Source: Paludibacteraceae bacterium (lineage in GTDB: Bacteria > Bacteroidota > Bacteroidia > Bacteroidales > Paludibacteraceae). Taken from it: a stretch of DNA of 64,000 bases. Of this stretch, positions 27,703 through 34,525 are shown piece after piece. The notes beneath the pieces are model-generated. The model did not search any database and was not told the origin of the DNA. It was given only the letters and a program-made list of their open reading frames with translations. The stretch is from positions 1,045-65,044 of the forward strand of contig JAZQOG010000036.1 in assembly GCA_045627765.1 (NCBI GenBank), written 5' to 3'. Made by a program: the position numbers and the translations under genes. How positions within the stretch are numbered: the stretch's first letter is position 1; the number at the start of each line of letters is the position of its first letter.

Positions 27703-27963
27703 TTAGTTAGAAGGTATTGGATGAAGTTCACATTTTATTTCCTTCCCTTTGTCTAAAATGCCAATAAATGTTACTGCTGCATCAAATTCATGTTGACAAA
27801 TCGGGCATGTAAATTTTTGGAACATGTGATACTCATGATTTCCAGGGTATTCATCAGATTCACCATCATCATTAAAAGACTCCCAGTTAATATCTTCTGT
27901 ATTAACGTCTAAATTATGCCCACAAAATGGACACGTTACTTTTGCAAATAATTGTTTTGCCAT
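27703..27963 (-). CDS. hypothetical zinc-ribbon protein (86 aa)
   Basis: Two CPxC knuckles (CPFCGH, CPICQH) separated by an acidic loop. Confidence 0.55.
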   Translation of the reverse strand: MAKQLFAKVTCPFCGHNLDVNTEDINWESFNDDGESDEYPGNHEYHMFQKFTCPICQHEFDAAVTFIGILDKGKEIKCELHPIPSN

Positions 27964-28023
27964 ACTGATAAAAATTATAAAGGTTAGTATTATTGTGTTT
28001 GTTTTTTCTATTCTTTATTTATA

Positions 28024-28037
28024 CGCGTACGTACGCG
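28024..28037. repeat. perfect 14-bp palindrome CGCGTACGTACGCG
   Basis: Read directly from the sequence. It lies 61 nt upstream of the zinc-ribbon ATG. Confidence 0.9.
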
Positions 28038-28057
28038 AGGGTGTTATTTTGTTTTTT

Positions 28058-28092
28058 GCCCAAAAGTCTTTTGGGCTGAGGAGACAGGGTGC
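28058..28092. repeat. hairpin module H1, copy A
   Basis: GCCCAAAA-gtc-TTTTGGGC followed by TGAGGAGACAGGGTGC. Paired with copy B at 28590-28624. Confidence 0.85.
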
Positions 28093-28159
28093 ATTGTTTT
28101 TTTATGTTCTATTCCTTACTTTTTCTTCATTTTTACGAACACCGTTCGGTATTATAATA

Positions 28160-28205
28160 CCCTTTCCCTAGATACGGTTTTCCCGTTTCATCGGGACAAC
28201 CATGC
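28160..28205. repeat. hairpin module M2, copy A
   Basis: ccctttccctagatacggtt TTCCCG-tttcat-CGGGA caaccatgc. The first 27 nt are identical to copy B. Confidence 0.85.
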
Positions 28206-28235
28206 GGTCAGCTCTCGTGATTATCCTTGCTTGTG

Positions 28236-28331
28236 CCCACCCTGCATCTTACGTACATCCACCGAAGTGCTACCGAAGTTAGCATTGGTTGTACCCACCT
28301 TGCATCCTACGTACATCCACCGAAGTGCTAC
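28236..28331. repeat. 38-bp direct repeat x2 (36/38 identical) with a 20-bp spacer
   Basis: cccaccctgcatcttacgtacatccaccgaagtgctac at 28236-28273 and cccaccttgcatcctacgtacatccaccgaagtgctac at 28294-28331. A degenerate third copy lies at 28545-28577. Confidence 0.9.
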
Positions 28332-28500
28332 GTTAGTTGTTATTACTTTTTTACCATTTATCTCTTTTTCTGTCGCTACGCTATTAAAATCCATCGTAAG
28401 GGATGCGATAAAATCATTTTAGCACTTTTCTTTATTTCGCTGCGCTCAGAAATCTTACTTAAAATCTATTCAAAATCTTTACTAAAAATCTATTTTATTG

Positions 28501-28545
28501 CCCTTTCCCTAGATACGGTTTTCCCGTTAAGCGGGAACACCATGC
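28501..28545. repeat. hairpin module M2, copy B
   Basis: ccctttccctagatacggtt TTCCCG-ttaag-CGGGAA caccatgc. Confidence 0.85.
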
Positions 28546-28589
28546 CTACGTACATCCTACGAAGTGGTCGCGGTGGGTTCCTTGCTTGC

Positions 28590-28624
28590 GCCCGAAAAAC
28601 TTTCGGGCTGAGAGGACAGGGTGC
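28590..28624. repeat. hairpin module H1, copy B
   Basis: GCCCGAAA-aac-TTTCGGGC followed by TGAGAGGACAGGGTGC. Relative to copy A the stem carries a compensatory A:T to G:C change. Confidence 0.85.
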
Positions 28625-28798
28625 CAAGGACGATATGCCGCACACAAAAAGCGGCAATTCGCGTTCGGCAAATGGCTCGCACAGACGAAACCGGTACGCT
28701 AATTCGTAGAAGCGACCATTGCCTCCGCTCTCCCCACCGGGTGCACTGCGTTAGCGCCCGTCGGGGGCCCCAGATAACAGAGTTACACGCACAAAAAA

Positions 28799-28834
28799 GC
28801 GGTAACTCAGTTATCGTTTAACTGATATTACCGC
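28799..28834 (-). terminator. rho-independent terminator of the PIN operon (bidirectional geometry)
   Basis: GCGGTAA-ctcagttatcgtttaactgata-TTACCGC with an inner stem TCAGTTA/TAACTGA. A6 lies before it and A6 after it on the plus strand. Confidence 0.75.
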
Positions 28835-28855
28835 TAAAAAAGTATTTGTAAAAAA

Positions 28856-29275
28856 CTACTTCTTATTAAAAACCAAATCTAATCCTTGAGATCTATAAAA
28901 TTCAAAACGACTATCACTTGAAATAAGAGGTATCTTCTCTGTTAATGCTTGAGCAATAATGATGTGATCGGATGGATCTTTATGCCCCTGAACTTCATTC
29001 AAAGTCATTTTAGCATAAGTTTGTATATGCTCATATTTTATAGGAAGAAGAACTATGCTACTCTCTTTAATGCTTTGAACCATTTCGAACTCCGAGTTCC
29101 AAACATTTGCCCACAACCCTTTATTTCGATAGGCCAACACCAATTCTTTAAGAGACTCTATACTCATATAAAGTACATTGTCGTAATCTCTTAAGATAGC
29201 ATCTACATCCGAACTTAATTTGTCCGGTTCTACCATCATGTAAATGAAGATATTGGTGTCTATTAAGTATCGCAT
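28856..29275 (-). CDS. PIN-domain (VapC-like) ribonuclease toxin
   Basis: 139 aa. MRYLIDTNIFIY (Asp6), SIESLKEL, DPSDHIIIAQAL and LISSDSRF acidic positions are typical of PIN. Confidence 0.8.
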   Translation of the reverse strand: MRYLIDTNIFIYMMVEPDKLSSDVDAILRDYDNVLYMSIESLKELVLAYRNKGLWANVWNSEFEMVQSIKESSIVLLPIKYEHIQTYAKMTLNEVQGHKDPSDHIIIAQALTEKIPLISSDSRFEFYRSQGLDLVFNKK

Positions 29276-29276
29276 A

Positions 29277-29384
29277 CTACACTAGCAGCATTGGGTCATT
29301 AACAAACACGTGCCCTCTAAGTTTCATCAAGTATTCATAAACCGGATTCAACTTCTTCTCTTCTTGCTTCTCTTTTTGTGCCAT
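29277..29384 (-). CDS. 35-codon ORF coupled to the PIN gene (possible minimal antitoxin)
   Basis: Not in the track (under 60 aa). MAQKEKQEEKKLNPVYEYLMKLRGHVFVNDPMLLV*. The stop TAG at 29277-29279 lies 1 nt before the PIN ATG, and the promoter lies about 40 nt upstream. Confidence 0.35.
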   Translation of the reverse strand: MAQKEKQEEKKLNPVYEYLMKLRGHVFVNDPMLLV

Positions 29385-29421
29385 AATCGTACGTTTTTGA
29401 TTGTTTTGCAGTTTTGCGCTG

Positions 29422-29429
29422 CAAAGTTA
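29422..29429 (-). promoter_or_regulatory. -7 box TAACTTTG for the small ORF-PIN operon
   Basis: Plus strand reads caaagtta, followed by cagaaaaattatgacatacgcaaatat. Confidence 0.65.
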
Positions 29430-29564
29430 CAGAAAAATTATGACATACGCAAATATTTCGCAATAATTCGCGAAAATATTTACACTTTTAACGGTAACAT
29501 CACTATTTCAAAGATCACAGACCCTACCAAGCCTCCCCTCACGGGGGAGGATGTGGGTTACCCC

Positions 29565-29596
29565 CTACTCCTCTACTCCTCTACTCCTCTACTCCC
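29565..29596 (-). repeat. CTACTCCT x4 (AGGAGTAG on the sense strand), containing the stop codon of the 103-aa gene
   Basis: ctactcct ctactcct ctactcct ctactccc. The ORF ends ...GVEE* inside the repeat. Confidence 0.9.
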
Positions 29597-29892
29597 TTTT
29601 TCCCACGCTTCGCAAGGCGCACACCGGCATACGCAGCAGCAAAGGCAAGCAATGCCCAAGGAGCACCAACGGGAGAGTCTGGATCTTGATCACCAATCTC
29701 GCCTTGCGTTATTGGATTCCTATTCGGTCCACCGGGGGCGTGATTAGGACCACTATTGCCACTAGGGTTATCAAAGGTGGTCGTGTACAACTGATTGGGT
29801 TCAGTGGCACCCGGTTCGGTAATGCCGCTTTGCGCCATCATCACGAGGGGCAGCGAGGCAACTAAAAGAAAGGTTAAAACATGTTTTTTCAT
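29581..29892 (-). CDS. small secreted Pro/Gly/Asn-rich protein with a C-terminal hydrophobic anchor and basic tail
   Basis: Trimmed to MKKHVLTFLLVASLPLVMMAQSG (103 aa). The C-terminus reads DPDSPVGAPWALLAFAAAYAGVRLAKRGKKGVEE. Confidence 0.55.
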   Translation of the reverse strand: MKKHVLTFLLVASLPLVMMAQSGITEPGATEPNQLYTTTFDNPSGNSGPNHAPGGPNRNPITQGEIGDQDPDSPVGAPWALLAFAAAYAGVRLAKRGKKGVEE

Positions 29893-29940
29893 AATCGTTT
29901 TATTTTTTAAATTTATATTATTCACTATGGCATACAAAAA

Positions 29941-29967
29941 AGCGGGACAGTAATCAACTGTTCCGCT
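29941..29967 (-). terminator. rho-independent terminator after the 25-codon ORF
   Basis: AGCGGAACAG-ttgatta-CTGTCCCGCT on the minus strand, followed by T6. Confidence 0.7.
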
Positions 29968-29989
29968 ATTCGAGGCTCCGGTAATGCTC

Positions 29990-30067
29990 TTAACCTATAA
30001 AAACAACAACACCGAAGCCCATAACGATAAGCATAACACCTCCCACCAAGGATAGGCGTAACTGCAT
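29990..30067 (-). CDS. candidate 25-aa hydrophobic peptide
   Basis: MQLRLSLVGGVMLIVMGFGVVVFIG*. It lies between its own promoter (30167-30174) and terminator (29941-29967). An overlapping 27-codon frame is also hydrophobic, so coding status is uncertain. Confidence 0.3.
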   Translation of the reverse strand: MQLRLSLVGGVMLIVMGFGVVVFIG

Positions 30068-30166
30068 ACCACGAGCATCTAATGCTGCCGGTTTTTGCGG
30101 GTGGAAATTTACCAGATTTCGAATAGCAAAAACAAGCGCTTAAACGCCATTAACCATAATCGGCTG

Positions 30167-30174
30167 CAAATTTA
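30167..30174 (-). promoter_or_regulatory. -7 box TAAATTTG
   Basis: Plus strand reads caaattta, followed by caaaaaagtttttatatgtgcaaat. Confidence 0.6.
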
Positions 30175-30244
30175 CAAAAAAGTTTTTATATGTGCAAATT
30201 TTTTTTGCAAATTTTATCCGAAAATGGCATTTTTTGATATAAAC

Positions 30245-30286
30245 GTAGGGGTAGGGGGCGATGTACGATGCACGATGCACGATGCT
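30245..30286 (-). repeat. GTAGGG x2 plus 7-bp-period CGATGCA x4, directly after the proS stop
   Basis: gtaggggtaggggg cgatgta cgatgca cgatgca cgatgct a, then tta (stop, 30288-30290). Confidence 0.85.
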
Positions 30287-30287
30287 A

Positions 30288-31778
30288 TTAGTACGCAATC
30301 GCAAAGACAACTCTGCCTGCACTGGGTTTGCCCGTAACCATACACTGACCCGGTTCGCTCTTGTGCCCCGGCAGGTCTGCCAAGGGGATACAACGAATCG
30401 TGGCCTTCGTGTCTTCCTTGATCTTCTCCTCCGTCTCGGGCGTTCCGTCCCAATGGCAGAGTAAGAAACCACCTTTCTGTATCTCCTCTTTGAATTCCTC
30501 ATACGAGTTGACCTCACGCGTGTTGGCAATACGGAAATCGAGCGCTTTCTTGTAGATGTTTGCCTGAATCTCTTCGAGTAACCCTAAGATACGCTCCTCA
30601 ATCCCTTCAATAGAAACGGTCTCCTTGGTCAGCGTGTCACGACGAGCAACCTCAATCGTGCCGTTCTCCAAGTCGCGTCCGCCCATAGCCAAACGAACGG
30701 GCACACCCTTGAGCTCGTAATCGGCGAACTTATACCCGGGGGTCGATTTCTCGGAAGTGTCCACATGCACGCGTACTCCCTTAGCCTTGAGGGCATCCAT
30801 GATGGGATTGATCTTAGCTAAGATAGCATCCAACTGGCTCTGCTCCTTGAAAATAGGCACAAACACCACCTGAATAGGAGCCAAATGCGGCGGCAAAACA
30901 AGACCGTTATCATCGGAGTGGGTCATGATAAGGGCACCCATCAATCGAGTCGATACACCCCAAGAGGTGGCCCATACATATTCGTATTTATTCTCCTTAC
31001 TGAGGAACTGCACATCAAAACTCTTGGCGAAGTTCTGCCCAAGGAAGTGACTGGTACCTGCCTGCAATGCCTTACCATCCTGCATCATCGCTTCAATGCA
31101 ATAGGTGTTGAGGGCACCGGCAAAACGCTCGTTAGGCGACTTGACACCCTTGACCACAGGAATAGCCATCACGTTCTCCGCAAAGTCGGCATAGACATCG
31201 AGCATCGTACGGGCATAGTCCTCCGCCTCCTCTTTCGTAGCGTGAGCCGTGTGACCCTCTTGCCACAAGAACTCCGCCGTACGCAGGAATAGACGGGTAC
31301 GCATCTCCCAACGCATCACGTTACACCACTGGTTGCAGAGGATAGGTAGGTCGCGATAAGAGGAGATCCAGTTCTTATAGGTGGACCAAATGATGGTCTC
31401 CGACGTAGGACGGATAATAAGCTCCTCTTCGAGGCGAGCGTTCGGATCCACTACCACACCTTTGCCTTCGGGATCGTTCATAAGACGATGGTGGGTAACG
31501 ACCGCGCACTCCTTCGCAAAACCTTCTACGTGCTCGGCTTCGCGGCTGAGGAAAGACTTAGGAATAAGCAGTGGGAAGTAGGCGTTCTTCACCCCTTTCT
31601 GTTTGAAACGACGATCCAGTTCTTGCTGAATCGTTTCCCAAATAGCATAGCCGTATGGCTTGATGACCATACAACCGCGAACAGCGGATTGTTCGGCTAA
31701 GTCTGCTTTAACTACCAGTTCATTGTACCATTTAGAGTAATCCTCGCTACGCGGGGTGAGTTTTTGAAAGTTTGCCAT
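30288..31778 (-). CDS. proS: proline--tRNA ligase (archaeal/eukaryote-like type)
   Basis: 496 aa. N-terminus [29 protein letters not shown] and class II motifs. Confidence 0.95.
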   Translation of the reverse strand: MANFQKLTPRSEDYSKWYNELVVKADLAEQSAVRGCMVIKPYGYAIWETIQQELDRRFKQKGVKNAYFPLLIPKSFLSREAEHVEGFAKECAVVTHHRLMNDPEGKGVVVDPNARLEEELIIRPTSETIIWSTYKNWISSYRDLPILCNQWCNVMRWEMRTRLFLRTAEFLWQEGHTAHATKEEAEDYARTMLDVYADFAENVMAIPVVKGVKSPNERFAGALNTYCIEAMMQDGKALQAGTSHFLGQNFAKSFDVQFLSKENKYEYVWATSWGVSTRLMGALIMTHSDDNGLVLPPHLAPIQVVFVPIFKEQSQLDAILAKINPIMDALKAKGVRVHVDTSEKSTPGYKFADYELKGVPVRLAMGGRDLENGTIEVARRDTLTKETVSIEGIEERILGLLEEIQANIYKKALDFRIANTREVNSYEEFKEEIQKGGFLLCHWDGTPETEEKIKEDTKATIRCIPLADLPGHKSEPGQCMVTGKPSAGRVVFAIAY

Positions 31779-32704
31779 TATCTTAAAATATATTGTTTAC
31801 GTAATAATTCAAATTTGGATGGGTCTTGACGCAGCCGTTCACTGACGCGTCTGAGCCATCCGCGAGCCGTGTCTCCCGTTTCGGCGTGCAAAGATACGAA
31901 ATTTTTATCAATAATCAAAGAAGGAAATGAAAAATGTAAGCAAAAAGCGTCTAAACACTGCTGTGAAGCGTTAATTTTTCCCTCTAACGAGTAACCGGCG
32001 ATGTGCATCGAGGCTAAAAGACAGTTTGGACTATCAATGACCTCGGGACAAAGATGAGGCTCGTTTTCCCATGTGTCCAACACAAAACGACGCCCACTTC
32101 GAATCAGTGCCTGCTCATCTACTACACCCCCACGCGCAGCGTTGATGATGACGGCCGTGTCTTTACACTTCTGTAAGAAAGCCGCATCGCAAAGATGATA
32201 GGTGGGGTAGGGACCGCTTGAGGTGAGAGGGGTATGGAACGTGATGACATCACAAGTAGTCACATCACCCATCAATCCCAAGGGCGGGTCGTTGATAACA
32301 ACCTCCATCCCACGCTCTTTCGCCATCGCAGCCACTTTCTTGCCTACATGTCCGTAACCTACGATACCCAGACTCTTACCCCCCACTTCGTTGAGTGCCT
32401 CCTCGATATAATCGCATACGGCTTGTGCGTTGCACCCGGGGGCGGAAGCAACAGCGATACCTCGTTGCTCGCAATAGGCGGCATCGATATGGTCAGTCCC
32501 TATCGTGGCGGTTGCCACAAACTGCACCTCACTGCCGTCAAGTAACTCCTTATTTATTTGCGTACGCGTGCGCACGAAAAGCGCCTGCGCGTGACGCACG
32601 ACTTCGGGAGTGATCTCTTCGGGCTCGAGGGCAAGGACCTCTATACCGGCAGAAACTAACTGCTCAGCGAGACAAGGAATATGTTTATCAATGATACTTA
32701 ACAT
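31778..32704 (-). CDS. pdxB: 4-phosphoerythronate dehydrogenase-like D-2-hydroxyacid dehydrogenase
   Basis: 308 aa. [20 protein letters not shown] and [12 protein letters not shown] (Rossmann) motifs. TAATG coupling to proS. Confidence 0.75.
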   Translation of the reverse strand: MLSIIDKHIPCLAEQLVSAGIEVLALEPEEITPEVVRHAQALFVRTRTQINKELLDGSEVQFVATATIGTDHIDAAYCEQRGIAVASAPGCNAQAVCDYIEEALNEVGGKSLGIVGYGHVGKKVAAMAKERGMEVVINDPPLGLMGDVTTCDVITFHTPLTSSGPYPTYHLCDAAFLQKCKDTAVIINAARGGVVDEQALIRSGRRFVLDTWENEPHLCPEVIDSPNCLLASMHIAGYSLEGKINASQQCLDAFCLHFSFPSLIIDKNFVSLHAETGDTARGWLRRVSERLRQDPSKFELLRKQYILR

Positions 32705-33542
32705 TATCTATCAGACGCACGCCTCCGCAATAAACCGTGACACAACCGATGGCATTGTCAAAAGTGCGGGTGGGCTGTAAACTCGTTTGATCTACAATCT
32801 CGTAATACTCGACTTCGAGCCCGTCAATAGCGTTGATCTCGTCTATGACACGTTGCTGTACCGCTGCTACGGAGTCGGTCGTCCACTCCCGACTGAGCAT
32901 AAGGATACGCGAGATGTTCGTGGCGAGCTGTTTGGCCTTCGGACTCAGTAACTCGTTACGACTGGAAAGGGCAAGACCCGATGCCTCGCGGACAATGGGA
33001 CAACCGCATATCTGTAGCTTACCGAAGGTGCCTTTGAGCGAAGAACGCTCAACCATGTGGTGAATGATAGCGAGTTGTTGGAAGTCTTTCTCACCGAAAT
33101 ACGCACGGTCGGGTTGAACGAGATAGAACAATCGCGAAACGACTTGCACTACACCATTGAAGTGCCCGGGGCGCATCTTACCTTCCATGACTTGGTCTAA
33201 ACCGCCGAAGTCGAACGCAAAAGTGGTCTGCATCTCCTCGGGCGAGTACATCTCCTCGGGAGTGGGAGCAAAGACGTAAGAGGCTCCGAGAGAACTCAAG
33301 AACGCCGCATCGCGCTCTAAGTTACGAGGGTACTTGCGCAAGTCCTCTTTGTTGTTAAACTGGGTGGGATTGACGAAGACACTCACCACGCAAATGTCAT
33401 TTTCCGCTACGCAGCGTTTGACGAGTGAGGCATGTCCGTCATGAAGGGCACCCATAGTAGGAACCAAACCGATCGACCGGTTGGCTTCGCGACAAGTTTT
33501 TACGACAGCTTGTAAATCGTTCTTTGTTGATAAAATTTGCAT
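32688..33542 (-). CDS. panC: pantoate--beta-alanine ligase
   Basis: The track start 33566 is TTG. I trimmed it to ATG 33542 (MQILSTKNDLQ, 284 aa). VPTMGALHDGHASLV motif. Confidence 0.9.
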   Translation of the reverse strand: MQILSTKNDLQAVVKTCREANRSIGLVPTMGALHDGHASLVKRCVAENDICVVSVFVNPTQFNNKEDLRKYPRNLERDAAFLSSLGASYVFAPTPEEMYSPEEMQTTFAFDFGGLDQVMEGKMRPGHFNGVVQVVSRLFYLVQPDRAYFGEKDFQQLAIIHHMVERSSLKGTFGKLQICGCPIVREASGLALSSRNELLSPKAKQLATNISRILMLSREWTTDSVAAVQQRVIDEINAIDGLEVEYYEIVDQTSLQPTRTFDNAIGCVTVYCGGVRLIDNVKYH

Positions 33543-33583
33543 TTTATAATTGGTTTTTTGGGTCAATCATTGGAAAAAACGTG

Positions 33584-33591
33584 CAAAGTTA
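33584..33591 (-). promoter_or_regulatory. -7 box TAACTTTG for panC-pdxB-proS
   Basis: Plus strand reads caaagtta, 42 nt upstream of ATG 33542. Confidence 0.65.
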
Positions 33592-33655
33592 GTGCTTTTT
33601 TATCAAAAAAACAAAAAAAATGAAAAAAAATAGTGCAAATATCAAAAAAAAGTTG

Positions 33656-33663
33656 TATCTTTG
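33656..33663 (+). promoter_or_regulatory. -7 box TATCTTTG for the glycogen synthase operon
   Basis: 38 nt upstream of ATG 33701. Confidence 0.7.
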
Positions 33664-33700
33664 CAATGCGAAATTATATACACACCAAAAATTAACGCCT

Positions 33701-34525
33701 ATGAATGAGCCAAATCGTATCTTATTTATCTCTCAAGAGATCAATCCCTATTTGGCCGAAGAGACGCCAATTCGCATGCTGAACCGCCAATTACCTGAGT
33801 GGTGTCAGAATGCAGGTTTTGAAACTCGCACGTTTATGCCGAAGTTCGGCGATATTAACGAACGCCGGAACCAGTTGCATGACGTAATCCGTCTGTCGGG
33901 GGTTAACCTTATCATTGCGGATGGCGATCATCCGCTGCTCATTAAGGTGGCCAGTATCCCCTCTGCACGATTGCAGATATACTTTATTGACAACGATGAC
34001 TACTTCCATCGTCGTAAGGGACTTGTGGACGAGGCGGGTAAGGAGTATGCCGATAATGATGAGCGTTGTATCTTCTTCGCTCGCGGTGTGTTAGAGACGG
34101 TGAAGAAACTGCGCTGGACACCGAGTATCATCCAATGTTCGGGTTGGATGGCTGCTTTGGTGCCGCTGTATCTCAAGAAAGCGTATGCCGACACACCGTT
34201 CTTCGCGAATGCGAAAGTGGTGCTCGCGTTGGATAATAACGAATATACTACGGCTTTTGGTACGAGTTTTGCCGATAAGATAATGATTGAGGGTATTCAG
34301 TCGTACCACTTGAGAGGTATAGCCGGTTTCCCGGTCGGATACGAGGAGTTGATGCGTTTGGCAATAGACAACTCGGACGCTATCATCTGTGCCGGCAAGG
34401 GTATCAATCAGCGCGTGATGAACTATGCGCAGACTAGCGGCAAACCCATGCTTGAGTTTACCGAGAATCAAGAAGATTATGTAGCGTTTTACAAACGCAT
34501 ATTGGAGAATGACGTGGAGAAATAG
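33701..34525 (+). CDS. short glycogen/starch synthase-like protein (GT5 N-terminal domain type)
   Basis: Trimmed from 33620 to MNEPNRILFISQEINPYLAE (274 aa) because the promoter lies inside the longer ORF. This is the typical Bacteroidales short form and is followed by a DUF4270 gene. Confidence 0.7.
   Translation: MNEPNRILFISQEINPYLAEETPIRMLNRQLPEWCQNAGFETRTFMPKFGDINERRNQLHDVIRLSGVNLIIADGDHPLLIKVASIPSARLQIYFIDNDDYFHRRKGLVDEAGKEYADNDERCIFFARGVLETVKKLRWTPSIIQCSGWMAALVPLYLKKAYADTPFFANAKVVLALDNNEYTTAFGTSFADKIMIEGIQSYHLRGIAGFPVGYEELMRLAIDNSDAIICAGKGINQRVMNYAQTSGKPMLEFTENQEDYVAFYKRILENDVEK

Noticed and set aside
28236-28331. A CRISPR array or a ToxI-like type III antitoxin repeat array.
   Set aside because: There are only two good 38-bp repeats with a 20-bp spacer and one degenerate copy 250 bp away. 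There are no cas genes and no toxN/abiE-type gene directly downstream, and the hairpin after the repeats lacks a U tract.
28560-28810. Possible RNase P RNA. I saw collinear partial resemblance to type A blocks: a P3-like hairpin followed by GAGAGGACAGGGUGCC, then GCACAGACGAAACCGG, CCCACCGGGUGCA and CCAGAUAACAGAG...ACAAAAAAGCGG.
   Set aside because: The universally conserved GAGGAAAGUCCGG (P4/CR-I) segment is absent. The last block is simply the PIN-operon terminator and its A-run. The P4 strands cannot pair. An Infernal scan with RF00010 would settle the question.
28227-28821. ORFs 28227-28709 (+), 28231-28422 (+) and 28621-28821 (+) in the hairpin-module block.
   Set aside because: Their translations are low-complexity and are generated by the direct repeats themselves. 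There is no promoter or sensible start. The region is better explained as non-coding repeat or structured-RNA sequence.
29310-29865. ORFs 29310-29747 (+) and 29551-29865 (+), plus 30095-30337 (+), 30140-30529 (-), 30214-30453 (-) and 30261-30464 (+).
   Set aside because: They run antisense to or across the small-ORF/PIN promoter, the CTACTCCT repeat (which is open in all frames on that strand), the 103-aa gene or the end of proS. These are repeat-generated artefacts.
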